A stretch of DNA of 64,000 bases from an uncultured Actinomycetes bacterium (lineage in GTDB: Bacteria > Actinomycetota > Thermoleophilia > UBA2241). How positions within the stretch are numbered: the stretch's first letter is position 1; every line of letters begins with the position of its first letter. Made by a program: the position numbers and the translations under genes. The stretch covers positions 1 through 64,000 of the forward strand of contig CAVPVX010000001.1 of assembly GCA_963709345.1 (NCBI GenBank), written 5' to 3'. This document shows, in pieces, positions 19,862 through 30,249 of the stretch. The notes beneath the pieces are model-generated. The model saw only the letters and a program-made list of their open reading frames with translations. It ran no database searches and was not told the DNA's origin.

Positions 19862-20128
19862 CTAGCGTGAGTCACGGCGCGCCTGGCGCCGCTTGTGCCG
19901 GCGCCACATCAGCGCGAACTGGCCGATCACGAAGGCCACCAGGGCGGTGATCACGAGCACGATCCAGAGCGGTGCGTCGAACGTCCAGAACAGCCAGGTG
20001 AAGGACACCGTCTCCCGGTTCTGGAGGATGAACGCCAGCAGCGCCGCCGCAAGGACTCCGCCGCCGATCAGCCACCCGCTCCCGGAACCCGAAGCCTGCG
20101 AACCGCCCTGCGCTGCGTTGTCTGCCAT
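19862..20128 (-). CDS. LapA/DUF1049 family small membrane protein
   Basis: FILQNRETVSFTWLFW..PLW pattern; basic tail. Confidence 0.85.
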   Translation of the reverse strand: MADNAAQGGSQASGSGSGWLIGGGVLAAALLAFILQNRETVSFTWLFWTFDAPLWIVLVITALVAFVIGQFALMWRRHKRRQARRDSR

Positions 20129-20319
20129 GACGTCCTCCTCGTCGGTCCGGCCGGCATGCCCGGCTCAACTCCCCGGTCGGGGTCTGTTGCCTACGGTCTT
20201 CCCGGCGCAGCGATCCGTCACTCGCCGCGATGGCCCCGTCGACCGCCTCACTGGTAACGTTGCCCGGGAGGGTCTCGATGCGCCCACGAGCGCCCCGGAC
20301 AGACGGAGAAAGGAAGACC

Positions 20320-20811
20320 GTGGCCAACGAACGACAGGGCAGCCCCAAGGCGAGGGTGGAGGACCGCATCCGGCATCGCGCCGGCAAGGCGGTCGCCAGC
20401 CGGCGCGTGTTCGGCTATCTCGCCGCCGTCACCGCAGTCGTCGGCATCGGCGCCGGGATCCTCGTAAGATTCATCGATCACAAGGACTTCGCCACCGTGG
20501 GAGACGGCATCTGGTGGGCGATCGTCACGCTGGGCACCGTAGGCTACGGCGACATCGTGCCGCACAGCGCCTGGGGACGCGTGGTGGGCTCCGTGGTCAT
20601 CGTCGTCGGCGTGACCTTCCTCTCCTTCCTCACGGCGACCGTGACCTCCATGTTCGTGTCCGCCGACCAGGACGAACGGACCGCAGAAGCAGATGCGGCG
20701 CGCGCTGCCCGCGAGGCGGACACCTGGGCGATGCTGCAACAGCTGCTGGACCGCACCGCGGCGATCGAGGCGAGGGTGGAAGCGCTCTCTCCCGACCGGA
20801 CGGAGAGCTGA
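20320..20811 (+). CDS. KcsA-type two-TM potassium channel
   Basis: WWAIVTLGTVGYGD selectivity filter. Confidence 0.92.
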   Translation: MANERQGSPKARVEDRIRHRAGKAVASRRVFGYLAAVTAVVGIGAGILVRFIDHKDFATVGDGIWWAIVTLGTVGYGDIVPHSAWGRVVGSVVIVVGVTFLSFLTATVTSMFVSADQDERTAEADAARAAREADTWAMLQQLLDRTAAIEARVEALSPDRTES

Positions 20812-20814
20812 GCT

Positions 20815-21441
20815 GTCGCCACGATCGACGCGACCAGGACCAAACGCTTCGAACGCTGGGTTCCCGGCGTACGCGTGGTTCGCACGTACGAACGGCGCTG
20901 GCTGCGCGCCGACCTCGTGGCCGGCGTGGTGCTGGCCGCGATCCTCGTCCCCCAAGGCATGGCCTACGCGGAGCTGGCCGGACTCCCTTGCGTCACCGGC
21001 CTCTACACGACCATCGCCTGCCTCGTCGGCTACGCTGTCCTCGGCCCCTCACGCGTGCTCGTCCTTGGGCCCGACTCGTCGGTCTCGCCGCTGATCTTCG
21101 CCGCCATCGTGCCCCTACTGGCCGGCGGCGACGCCGCGAAAGCCATCGCCCTCGCCGGGATGCTGGCGCTGCTCGTGGGCCTGATCGAGATGGGGCTCGG
21201 GCTCGGCAAGCTCGGCTTCGTGGCCGACCTGCTGTCGAAGGAAGTACAGGTCGGCTACATGAACGGCCTCGGCATCACCATAATCGTCGGCCAGTTGCCC
21301 AAGCTGTTCGGCTTCTCGACCGACGCCGATGGGTTCATCGACGACCTGCGGGCGTTCTTCGCCGGCATCGACCGGACCGACGAGAAGGCGCTGCACGAGC
21401 ATGAGCAGACGCAGGGCGTCGGCGCAGGAGCGGCCGGATAG
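20815..21441 (+). pseudogene. SulP transporter, N-terminal fragment
   Basis: DLVAGVVLAAILVPQGMAYAELAGLP..GLY..GPDS; ends after about 200 aa in an unrelated tail; no STAS domain. Confidence 0.8.
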
Positions 21442-21593
21442 CACGGACCAAGGCGGGCGAAAAGTGCCTCGCCAGGTGATGTGGGAGATGGCCGGGCTCA
21501 GCGCGAGAGCGCCGAAGCGGAGCCGGGTGACGACGGCCGGGAGGCCGCTACCGCAAGCGGACCCGCAGTGACGCTGGCCCACACCGCGAAGAA

Positions 21594-21627
21594 GACGGGG
21601 GGTGAGGGCGAGCCCTCACCCCCCGTC
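21594..21627 (-). terminator. Intrinsic terminator
   Basis: Perfect 16-bp inverted repeat GACGGGGGGTGAGGGC/GCCCTCACCCCCCGTC, followed by TTCTTC on the minus strand. Confidence 0.75.
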
Positions 21628-21694
21628 CAGATTCCGAGGCGCCGGTGTTGATCGCGCCGGGTCCGAGCCCGATCCACCTCGGATCAGCGGCGCG

Positions 21695-21856
21695 TCAGCG
21701 ACGGCGATCCTGCCGGTCGTCCCGGCGGTCTTCGCGCCGGTCGCTTCGCCGGCCGACCCCGTGTGACACGACGGCCACGGTGCCGACGACGGCGGCGGTG
21801 CGTGCCACCGGGCGGCCGATCACGCCTGGTCCTCTTCGTCCTGGGCCGAGGGGCAT
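21695..21856 (-). CDS. Small basic hypothetical protein (53 aa)
   Basis: RBS AAGGAG; MPLGPGRRGPGVIGRPVARTAAVVGTVAVVSHGVGRRSDRREDRRDDRQDRRR; starts 1 nt after the upstream stop. Confidence 0.75.
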   Translation of the reverse strand: MPLGPGRRGPGVIGRPVARTAAVVGTVAVVSHGVGRRSDRREDRRDDRQDRRR

Positions 21857-21857
21857 G

Positions 21858-22325
21858 TCAGGCTCCTTCCGTCTGTGCGGCGTCCACGCTCGCCTCTGCG
21901 GCGGCGATGATCGCCTGCATGGGGATGCGGCCACTCGCGACCAGCTGACCGCCGGAATGGCGGATCGACGCGGCAAGCGGCGCCGCCCACGTGTTTTCCC
22001 AGACCAGCGCGGCGGCGACGGTGCCCGGCTCGAGCGCCGCCGCGATGTGGCCGACGTCCTCTTCCGAGAGCAGCTGCGCGAACTCGGCGCCGAGCTCGCG
22101 CAGTGCTCCGGCGTCGCCGTCCTCGAACTCGTGCAGCTCGAACGCGTCGACAGCGCCGTCCGCGTCCTTGGTGATGATCAGCAGGTCGAGGACGCGCACT
22201 GTGCCGGCCTCGACCAGCGCCGTCAGTTGCTCCGCCATCGCGCCGGAGAAGTCGGCCTTGCCCTCGGGGAACTCGACGACCAGGTAGTCGACCGGCCCCA
22301 GTTCGTCCATGACTTCGTCGTTCAT
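21858..22325 (-). CDS. DUF6325 family protein
   Basis: LGPVDYLVVEFP, VRVLDLL, LVWENTWA, SGRIP. Confidence 0.88.
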   Translation of the reverse strand: MNDEVMDELGPVDYLVVEFPEGKADFSGAMAEQLTALVEAGTVRVLDLLIITKDADGAVDAFELHEFEDGDAGALRELGAEFAQLLSEEDVGHIAAALEPGTVAAALVWENTWAAPLAASIRHSGGQLVASGRIPMQAIIAAAEASVDAAQTEGA

Positions 22326-22362
22326 CGGTACTCCATTCCGAGTTGTGACCTCAGGCAGCAGA

Positions 22363-22653
22363 TCACGCCGTCTGCGAACCCGACATGCGGTTGCGGTTGC
22401 CGTAGGCCCCGCCGCTCCAGAAGGCGATGTCGGTGAAGATGGCGAGCCCGACCCAGAGCCAGTCGAACCCGTTCACCCCACCGGGCGCGACGAGCACCCA
22501 CATCATGGTCGTCCACGGCGCGACGAAGAAGCCGATCACCGGCCAGAGCCAGCTGCTGAAGGCCAGGTCCCAGCGCGCGGGATCGAGGATCCACCAGACG
22601 ACAACGCCGGCGCGCGGGCCGAGCAAGAACAGTGCGGTGAACAGGCAGCACAT
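22363..22653 (-). CDS. Hypothetical Trp-rich membrane protein
   Basis: RBS GGAG; MCCLFTALFLLGPR..PWTT; three TM segments. Confidence 0.75.
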   Translation of the reverse strand: MCCLFTALFLLGPRAGVVVWWILDPARWDLAFSSWLWPVIGFFVAPWTTMMWVLVAPGGVNGFDWLWVGLAIFTDIAFWSGGAYGNRNRMSGSQTA

Positions 22654-22739
22654 ATGCTCTCCGATCTCGAGTTGTACGGCGGGGCGACGGTCGGGCGACC
22701 TCGCCGCGTCCGTCACGCCAAGGAACGCGCACAGCGCAA

Positions 22740-22755
22740 GTTACCAGTTGGTCAT
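22740..22755. promoter_or_regulatory. Putative TetR operator over a -10 box
   Basis: GTTACC-AGTT-GGTCAT; minus-strand TTGCGA-N18-TAACTT. Confidence 0.6.
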
Positions 22756-23088
22756 CGACACTCGCAAGCAAGCCTCCCTCGCTGGACGCCGGTCTCCTCT
22801 GAGACCGGGCCATCCATCGGGGCACCACTCCTCCTTCCCTCGTCGCTTCGCGTCGACGAGCGTCCGTCCGTTACCGGCACCGTGGTCGCTGAAATGGTGG
22901 GCGAGTCGGAACAGGCCATCAGACACCGGGTGTCGGAAACGCGTCGTTCATGGATGCGTGGGCCCCTCTTCTCTCGACGTTCATGGTGCATACTCTCGGG
23001 TGAGGCTGCCGGCTTGGTCGTCGGCTTCGGCACAGGACGCGACGACCGCAGCGCAGAAGCCGTAGCACGCGGGCGGAGAGACAGAGTG

Positions 23089-24618
23089 ATGCACGAGTTC
23101 TTTCTGGGCGTAGACGTGGGCTCGTCGGGGACGAGGGGAGTCCTCGTCGACGCTGCCGGCAACCCCGTGGCCGCCGCCGGGGCGCCGCACGGCATCTTGA
23201 GACCCCGCTCCGGTTGGGCCGAGCAGGACGCCGAGCGCGACTGGTGGGCGGGTGTGGTGGACGTGTGCCGCCGTCTCGTCGACGGCCGCGCGACGCAGGT
23301 TGCCGCGGTCGGCGTCTCCGGGCTCGGGCCGTGCCTCGTCCCGGCGGACGCGGAAGGACGACCCTTGCGTCCGGCGATCCTCTACGGCATCGATACGCGG
23401 GCCACCGACCAGATCACGCGTCTGACCGCCGAGTTCGGAGCCGACGAGATCCTCGCACGCTGTGGCGCGCGATTGACAAGTCAATCGGTCGGCCCCAAGG
23501 TCAGCTGGATCGTCGACGAAGAGCCGCACGTGTGGTCGGCCACCCGATTCCTCTTCGGGGCCGCCTCTTACCTCATCTCCCGCCTCACCGGCGAGTACGT
23601 CCTCGACCACCACAGCGCCGGTCACTGGGCCCCTCTGTACGACCAGACGAACAACGCGTGGATTGAGGAGTGGGCCGAGCGCCTCGCCCCCGGAGCGAGC
23701 CTGCCGGACCTCGTGTGGCCGCAGGAGACGTGCGGAACGGTGAGCCGCGAGGCGGCTGCGGCGACGGGCCTCGCCGAAGGCACACCCGTCGCCGGCGGCA
23801 CGATCGACTCCTGGGCCGAGGTGCTCGCCTCCGGGCTGCGAGGACCCGGCGAAGGTCTGCTGGTCTACGGGACCAGCATGTTCCTGACGGAGGTCGACAG
23901 CCCCGCGCGGGTCGACCCGCGCCTCTGGCGCACCGTCGGGTTCGCGCCCGGGTCCCACAACGTCGCCGCCGGCGTAGGGTCGACGGGGGCGCTGACGGCG
24001 TGGCTGCGCGAGCTGCTCGGCGCTCCGCCCTACGAGGACCTGTTCGAGGAGGCCGGGAGCGCCGGCCCCGGCGCCGGCGGCCTCATCGCCCTGCCGTACT
24101 TCGCCGGGGAGCGCACGCCGTGGTTCGACCCCGACCTGCGCGGCGCGCTCTTCGGGCTGACCGCCGCGCACGGACGAGGCCACGTGTTCCGGGCACTGCT
24201 CGAAGCGACGGCCTTCGCCGTGCGCCAGAACCTCGAGGTGATGCGCGACGCAGGGGCGACGATCGCCAGTCTGCGCAGCAGCGGCGGCGGCGCGGCGAAC
24301 GCGCTCTGGCCGCAGATAGTCGCCGACGTGACTGGGCTCGCCCAGGACGTGCGACGAGGTCCCGACCGTGCGGGTGTCGGCGCGGCGCTGTTCGCGGCAG
24401 TCGCCGCCGGCGCCGCGACGCTCGAGACAGAGTGGGCGACGCCGAGCGCGCTGGTCGCGCCGCGTGCGTCCTTGCGGAGCCTGTACGATGGTCTGTACGG
24501 ACGGTTCTGCGAGCTCACGCTGGCGACGCTGCCCCACGCTCACGCGCTCGCCGCATGGCAACGCGACCATCAAGGACCGGCCGCGCCGGACCGCGCGGCG
24601 GCGCCCGAGCCGGCCTGA
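23089..24618 (+). CDS. FGGY family carbohydrate kinase (xylulokinase-like)
   Basis: LGVDVGSSG, WAEQD, LPYFAGERTP, SGGGA motifs. Confidence 0.9.
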   Translation: MHEFFLGVDVGSSGTRGVLVDAAGNPVAAAGAPHGILRPRSGWAEQDAERDWWAGVVDVCRRLVDGRATQVAAVGVSGLGPCLVPADAEGRPLRPAILYGIDTRATDQITRLTAEFGADEILARCGARLTSQSVGPKVSWIVDEEPHVWSATRFLFGAASYLISRLTGEYVLDHHSAGHWAPLYDQTNNAWIEEWAERLAPGASLPDLVWPQETCGTVSREAAAATGLAEGTPVAGGTIDSWAEVLASGLRGPGEGLLVYGTSMFLTEVDSPARVDPRLWRTVGFAPGSHNVAAGVGSTGALTAWLRELLGAPPYEDLFEEAGSAGPGAGGLIALPYFAGERTPWFDPDLRGALFGLTAAHGRGHVFRALLEATAFAVRQNLEVMRDAGATIASLRSSGGGAANALWPQIVADVTGLAQDVRRGPDRAGVGAALFAAVAAGAATLETEWATPSALVAPRASLRSLYDGLYGRFCELTLATLPHAHALAAWQRDHQGPAAPDRAAAPEPA

Positions 24619-24670
24619 CGGAACCAAGCGTGACGGCGGCCGGTGGACGACCGTGAGCGGAGCGCCGGGC

Positions 24671-27425
24671 TCATGCGGCGACCTCCTCGACGGGCACAGA
24701 CTGCGGCGCACCCGCCGTCCCTCGGCGCGCCACCAGCTTGCCGAGTTCCCAGAGGAAGAACAGCGCCACGGCCGGTACCAGCGCGAGCAGCCACTGCTCG
24801 CCGTTCAGCTGCTCGGTCCCGAAGATGCGGCGCATGACGTCCATCTGGGTGATGAGGACGGCGAGGACGATCTCCACCAGCGCCGTCCAGTTCAGGTGCC
24901 GGTTGTCGAACGTCTCGCCGCTGAGCGCCGTCGCCGTCACGCTCCTGGCCTGGAACGCGGAGGCCACGATGAGCAATGAGAACGCCGTGAGGCCCATCGA
25001 GGAGCCGATCGCCACGCTGTCGTAGTGCGTCGTGCCGTAGCTGATCAGCGCCAGCGTGGCGACGGCCATGAACAGGCCGACGAGGCCGGCGGTGGTGAGC
25101 AGGCCGCGCGTCATGATCGTCGCCTCGCGCGGCCGCGGCGCGCGGTCCATCAGTCCCGGTGACTGCTTGTCCATGCCCAGGGCGATGCCGAGCGGGGCGT
25201 TGACCAGGAAGTTGATGTAGAGGATCTGCGAGGCCGAGAACGGCTGCCCCGCGGCGATGTTCAGGATACTCGCGCCGAGGAACGTGATGATGTACGCGGC
25301 GAGCTCGAGCATCACGAAGCGGATGAACTTGTTGAGGTTGTCGTAGACGGCGCGACCCTTCGCGACCGCCTTGACGATGGTCGCGAAGTTGTCGTCCGAG
25401 AGGATCATGCGGCCGGCGTTCTTGGCCACCTCGGTGCCGCTGCCCATGGCGATGCCGATGTCGGCCGCCTTGATAGCCGGCGCGTCGTTCACCCCGTCGC
25501 CGGTCATCGCAACCACGTCGCCCTTCTTGCGCAGCGTCTCGACCAGAAGCACCTTGTGCTCGGGCGCCACGCGGCCGACGACGCCGATGTCGTCGATGCG
25601 CCGCAGGCGCTCCGGCTCGCTGAGCGCGGCGAACTCGGTCCCCAGCATCGCCGCGCCGGGGATGCCGAGCTGCCTGGCGATCGCGGCGCCCGTGGTGACG
25701 TCGTCGCCGGTCACCATGCGCACCCGGATGTGGGCGCGCTGCGCGTCGCGGACCGCCGCCTTGGACTCCTCGCGGGGAGGGTCGACCATGGCGACCAGAG
25801 ACGCCATCTGGAGGTCGGTCACGTAGCCGAGGAGATCGCCCTCGGCGTCGAACGAAGCGGGATCGAGGTCGCGGACGGCGGCGGCCATGACGCGATGTCC
25901 CTCGCTCGCCATGCGTGCCGAGGCGTCGTCCGCCCGCTGCTTGAGGGCGTCGTCCCAGGGCACGGTCTTTGCGCCGGCGAGGGCGCTCGAGGCCCTGTCC
26001 ATCACGGCCGGCGCCGCGCCCTTGACGAAGACCCGCACCACGCTCTTGCCTGACGCGTCCGTAGCGGAAGTGAACGCGGCCATGAGCTTGTACACGGGAT
26101 CGAACGGGAGCGTGGCCAGACGCGGGAAGCGCTCTCGGCTCGCCTCGATGTCCAGGCCCGGCCTTGTGGCCGAGCACCAGAAGCGCCCCCTCGGTGGGAT
26201 CGCCGACGACCTTGCCGTTCTCCAGCTTCGCGTCATTCGTGATGATGTACGGGAGGATGGCGTCGTCGATGGAGAGGGACGTGCCGGCGGCGTGCTGTAC
26301 CTGCCCGTCGAGGCCGTAGCCGATGCCCGAGACGGTGTAGCGGTCGACGGCGTCGAGCACCTCGACGACGGTCACCTGGTTCATCGTCAGCGTGCCGGTC
26401 TTGTCCGAGTTGATGGCCGACGTGGATCCAAGCGTCTCCACGGAGACGAGGTCCTTGACGATCGCCTTCTCCGCGGCCAGCTCCTTGGCGCCGGCGGAGA
26501 GGATCACCTGGAGGACGGTCGGCAGCGCCGTCGGGATGGCCGCGATCGCCAGGGCGATGGCCGTGATGAAGAGGCTCTCGGCGTTCTGGCCGCGCGAGAG
26601 CCCCAGCGCGAACATGACGATCATCGTCCCCAGAGCCGCTGCGCCGATCCACAAGGTCATGGTGTTCAGCTGCCTGGTGAGCGGCGTCTGCTCCTTGGCG
26701 GTCGCCGCCAGCATGCCGGCGATCTTGCCGACCTCGGCGTCGGCGCCTACGCCGGTGACGATCATCACGCCGCCGCCGTGGGTGACCGGCGTGTTCATGA
26801 ACGCCATATTGGTGCGGTCGCCGGGGCCGAGCTCGGCGTCGGCGAGTGCGTCGGTCGTCTTGGAGGCGGGCACGCTCTCGCCGGTGAGCGCCGACTCGTC
26901 GATGTCCAGCGAGCTCGCCTGGATGATCCTCCCGTCGGCGGCCACGTTGTCGCCCGCGGCGAGCAGCACGACGTCGCCGGGCACGACCTCCTCCGCCGGG
27001 ATCTCCGACTCGACGCCGTCGCGGCGCACGCGCGCCGTCAGCTTCATCAGCGACTTGAGCGCGTTCATCGCGCTCTCTGCCTTGCCCTCCTGGCGCAGGC
27101 CGGTCACGGCGTTGAACACCGTGAGGGCGATGAGGACCAGGCCGGTGCTCCACTGGCCGATGACCAGCGAGATCGCCGCGGCGATCAGCAGGATGATCTG
27201 CATGTACGCGCGGTACTGGTCGAGGAACCGCCTCCAGCCCGGCTCACCCTTCTCTTCGGGAAGAGCGTTGGGCCCGTCCTTCTGCAGCAACTCGGCGGCC
27301 TTCGCCACGGAGAGGCCGCTCGTCGGGTCCACACCGAACCTGCCGGCGACGTCCTCGGCCGAGAGCGCGTACCAGCGCTCGGTCGTCCCTGTCGCCCCCG
27401 CGGATGTCTTGTCAGTGGTTGCCAT
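24671..27425 (-). CDS. Cation-translocating P-type ATPase (type IIA-like); one +1 frameshift near 26160
   Basis: LTGES, DKTGTLT, GDPTE, KGAA, TGD and GDGVND motifs split over two frames. Confidence 0.9.
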
Positions 27426-27462
27426 CGCTGCTCTCCGTCTCGCTCGAGGCGCGCTCGCCGGC

Positions 27463-28482
27463 TCACTTCGATTTCTTGGCCTTCTTGCCCGACTTCTTCT
27501 TGGCCTTCTTCCCGTGCTTGCCCTCGGCCTTGGCCGCCTTCGCGAGCTCCTCGGCCGCGAACGGATCGGGCGCCGCGCCGTCGGGAGCCTCGGCCTCCAG
27601 CAGCCCCTTGGTCTCCATGAGCGCGTCGCGCGCCTCGGGTGTCACCTTGGGGAACTTCGGATCGATCTTGATCAGCGCATCGGCGATGACTGCCGACGCA
27701 CAGATGCGCGCGAACCACTTGTGGTCGGCGGGGATCACGTGCCAGGGCGCATGCTCGGTGCTCGTGTTGGAGAGCATCTCGGAGAACGCCTTCTGGTAGT
27801 CGTCCCAGTAGCTGCGCTCTTTGACGTCGGCGGCGGAGAACTTCCAGTTGTGGTCGGGCAGGTCGATGCGCCGGAGGAAGCGGGTGCGCTGCTCCTCCTT
27901 GGAGAGGTTCAGGAGCAGCTTCACGACGGTGAAGCCGTTGTCGGTGAGGTACTGCTCCCAGGCGTTGATGTCGCGGTAGCGCTTCTTCCAGACGTCCCGT
28001 CCGCGCGCCCGCGGCGGCAACTGCTGACCCTGGAGGATCTCGGGGTGCACGCGCACCACGAGGACCTCCTCGTAGTAGGAGCGGTTGAAGATGCCGATCT
28101 CGCCGCGGCGGGGCAGGTTGCAGGCGAAGCGCCAGAGGTAGTCGTGGTCGAGCTCCAGGGCAGAGGGAGCCTTGAACGAGTGTACGGAGACGCCCTGCGG
28201 GTTCACGCCGCTCATGACGTGGCGGATGGTGCCGTCCTTGCCGGCGGCGTCGAGCGCCTGGAGCACGACGACGACGCCGTGCGTGTCCTGCGCGGCCAGG
28301 CGCTCCTGGTACTCGGTCAGCAGTTCGACGCCGCGTGCCAGGATCTCCTCGCCCTCCTCCTTGTCCAGGAACCCGGCCTTGTACCCCGGGTCGAAGTGCT
28401 TCGCCAGCGTGACCCTGCGGCCCGGCGTGACGCGCAGCGGCTCGATGAACTCGGCGATACGCTTGGGTCTCTGGTCTGCCAT
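27463..28482 (-). CDS. ppk2: Polyphosphate kinase 2 family (class III-like)
   Basis: QALDAAGKDG Walker A, FNRSYYEEVL, VIPADHKW. Confidence 0.92.
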   Translation of the reverse strand: MADQRPKRIAEFIEPLRVTPGRRVTLAKHFDPGYKAGFLDKEEGEEILARGVELLTEYQERLAAQDTHGVVVVLQALDAAGKDGTIRHVMSGVNPQGVSVHSFKAPSALELDHDYLWRFACNLPRRGEIGIFNRSYYEEVLVVRVHPEILQGQQLPPRARGRDVWKKRYRDINAWEQYLTDNGFTVVKLLLNLSKEEQRTRFLRRIDLPDHNWKFSAADVKERSYWDDYQKAFSEMLSNTSTEHAPWHVIPADHKWFARICASAVIADALIKIDPKFPKVTPEARDALMETKGLLEAEAPDGAAPDPFAAEELAKAAKAEGKHGKKAKKKSGKKAKKSK

Positions 28483-28520
28483 GTCGTGACTCCTCTCGCT
28501 CGGGGACGTGGTCGCTCTCT

Positions 28521-30209
28521 TCAGAGCGTCGCGAAGATCTCATGCGACAGCATGCCGCCGGCGACCGTTCGGGCGGTGAACCCGTTCTGCAGGAGGACCC
28601 GCGTCGCGTAGTAGGCGCGCTGGCCCGAGCGGCAGATCACCAGGATCTCACGGTCGCGCGGGAGCTCGTCCAGGCGTCCGCGGAGCTCGTCGATCGGAAT
28701 GTTGACCACCTCCGGCAACTGCTCGACGGCGAGCTCTTCGGGATGGCGCACGTCGAGGAGGAAGCCGTCCCCCAGAGCGTCCCAGTGGACGATGGGCATG
28801 TCGTCTCGAAGCACGTTGGCGCCGACCATGCCGGCGAAGTTGGCGGGCGACTTCGCCATGCCGAACTGGGGTGCGTAGCAGAGTTCGCACTCCTCCAGAT
28901 CGTAGACGGTGCCCCCCATCTGGATCGCCATGGCGAAAGCATCGATCCGTTTGTCGACACCCTGCCTCCCCACGGCCTGCGCCCCGAGCAGCACTCCGTC
29001 GGATCTGCGGAAGATGACCTTGACGGCGAGCAGAGTGGCGCCGGGATAGTACCCCGCATGGGAGTTGGGGTAGAGATAGATCTTCTCGAAGTCGTCGTCG
29101 CCCGCGCGCCGGAGGGTCTTCTCGTTGACGCCGGTCCAGGCGGCCGCTGCCCCGAACAGGCCGAGGATCGCCGTGCCCTGCGAACCGCGAAAGCGCGAGT
29201 CCCGGCCGGCGATCACGTCGGCCGCGATGCGACCCTGCCGGTTCGCCGGCCCCGCAAGCGCGACCAGAGACCACTCGCCGGTCATGCAGTCGACCTTCTC
29301 GACCGCGTCGCCGACGGCGAAGATGTCCGGGTCGCTCGTGCGCATCTGATCGTCGACGCGGATGCCGCCGAGCTTGCCGAGCTCGATGCCGGCCATCTCC
29401 GCGAGCGCTGTCTCGGGGCGCACGCCGATGCCGAGGATCACGATGTCCGCCGGATACACGGGGCCGGATTCCGTGAGAACCTCGAGTGACCCGTCCGCCA
29501 CCTCCCGGAACCCGGCCGCCGGGCTGTTCAGCAGTACCTGAACGCCGTGTTTGTCCAGGTGACGCTCGACGTAGCGCGCCATCTCGGGATCGAGTGGTCC
29601 CATGATCTGCTCGCCGCGTTGCAGCAGCGTGACCTCGAAGCCGAGCCCGACGAGGTTCTCGGCGGTCTCGAGACCGATGAAGCCTCCGCCGACGACGACG
29701 GCGCGCAACGCTCTCTTGCGTGTCTGGAATCCCGTGTACGAATCCATGCCCGACGACCTGCCGCGACGCTCGTCGATCCAGGCGCGGATCTGGCCGGCGT
29801 CCGGCACCGTCCTGACGCCGAAGATCCCGGGGAGGTCGATCCCCGGGAGCGGCGGGCGGATGGGAGCCGCCCCGGGTGAGATCACGAGCTTGTCGTAGTG
29901 CTCCGTGGTCACCTCTCCGGTCTTCCGGTCCTTGAGCTGCACCGTCCTCTCGCCGGCGGCGATCCCGACCACTTCACAGTCCGTCCGCGCGTCGACGGTG
30001 AACATGTCGTGGAAGGTCTCCGCCGTTGCGACCAGGAGGTCCGACTGCTGCTCGATCACGCCGCCGATGTAGTACGGCAGCCCGCAGTTCGCGTACGAGA
30101 CGTAGGGCCCGCGCTCCACCATGAGGATCTCGGCGCTCTCGTCGAGCCTGCGCAGGCGCGCCGCGCACGAGGCGCCGCCAGCGACGCCGCCAACTATGAT
30201 GACTTTCAT
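28521..30209 (-). CDS. CoA-disulfide reductase-like flavoprotein with C-terminal rhodanese domain
   Basis: GGVAGG, SYANCGLPY, GGGFIGLE, YAPQF; rhodanese loop CRSGQR. Confidence 0.92.
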   Translation of the reverse strand: MKVIIVGGVAGGASCAARLRRLDESAEILMVERGPYVSYANCGLPYYIGGVIEQQSDLLVATAETFHDMFTVDARTDCEVVGIAAGERTVQLKDRKTGEVTTEHYDKLVISPGAAPIRPPLPGIDLPGIFGVRTVPDAGQIRAWIDERRGRSSGMDSYTGFQTRKRALRAVVVGGGFIGLETAENLVGLGFEVTLLQRGEQIMGPLDPEMARYVERHLDKHGVQVLLNSPAAGFREVADGSLEVLTESGPVYPADIVILGIGVRPETALAEMAGIELGKLGGIRVDDQMRTSDPDIFAVGDAVEKVDCMTGEWSLVALAGPANRQGRIAADVIAGRDSRFRGSQGTAILGLFGAAAAWTGVNEKTLRRAGDDDFEKIYLYPNSHAGYYPGATLLAVKVIFRRSDGVLLGAQAVGRQGVDKRIDAFAMAIQMGGTVYDLEECELCYAPQFGMAKSPANFAGMVGANVLRDDMPIVHWDALGDGFLLDVRHPEELAVEQLPEVVNIPIDELRGRLDELPRDREILVICRSGQRAYYATRVLLQNGFTARTVAGGMLSHEIFATL

Positions 30210-30249
30210 TCTGCAGCCTCTCGATCGGGTTGCACGCCCGTAGGCGCGC

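Larger units (their letters stand above)
19272..20780 (+). repeat. 1.5-kb direct repeat, copy A (copy B at 43801..45308)
   Basis: Near-identical at an offset of 24528-24529 nt; I saw about three substitutions in coding DNA plus a diverged terminator patch. Confidence 0.95.

Noticed and set aside
20243-20260. CTGGTAAC as another TetR operator (also near 44779)
   Set aside because: Only a half-site; better explained as an extended -10 box (TGGTAACGT) for the K+ channel gene.
22342-22355. Partial cassette match (minus strand CCTGAGGTCACAAC)
   Set aside because: No CGTA box upstream and no TANNNT at 17 nt; chance match or decayed relic.
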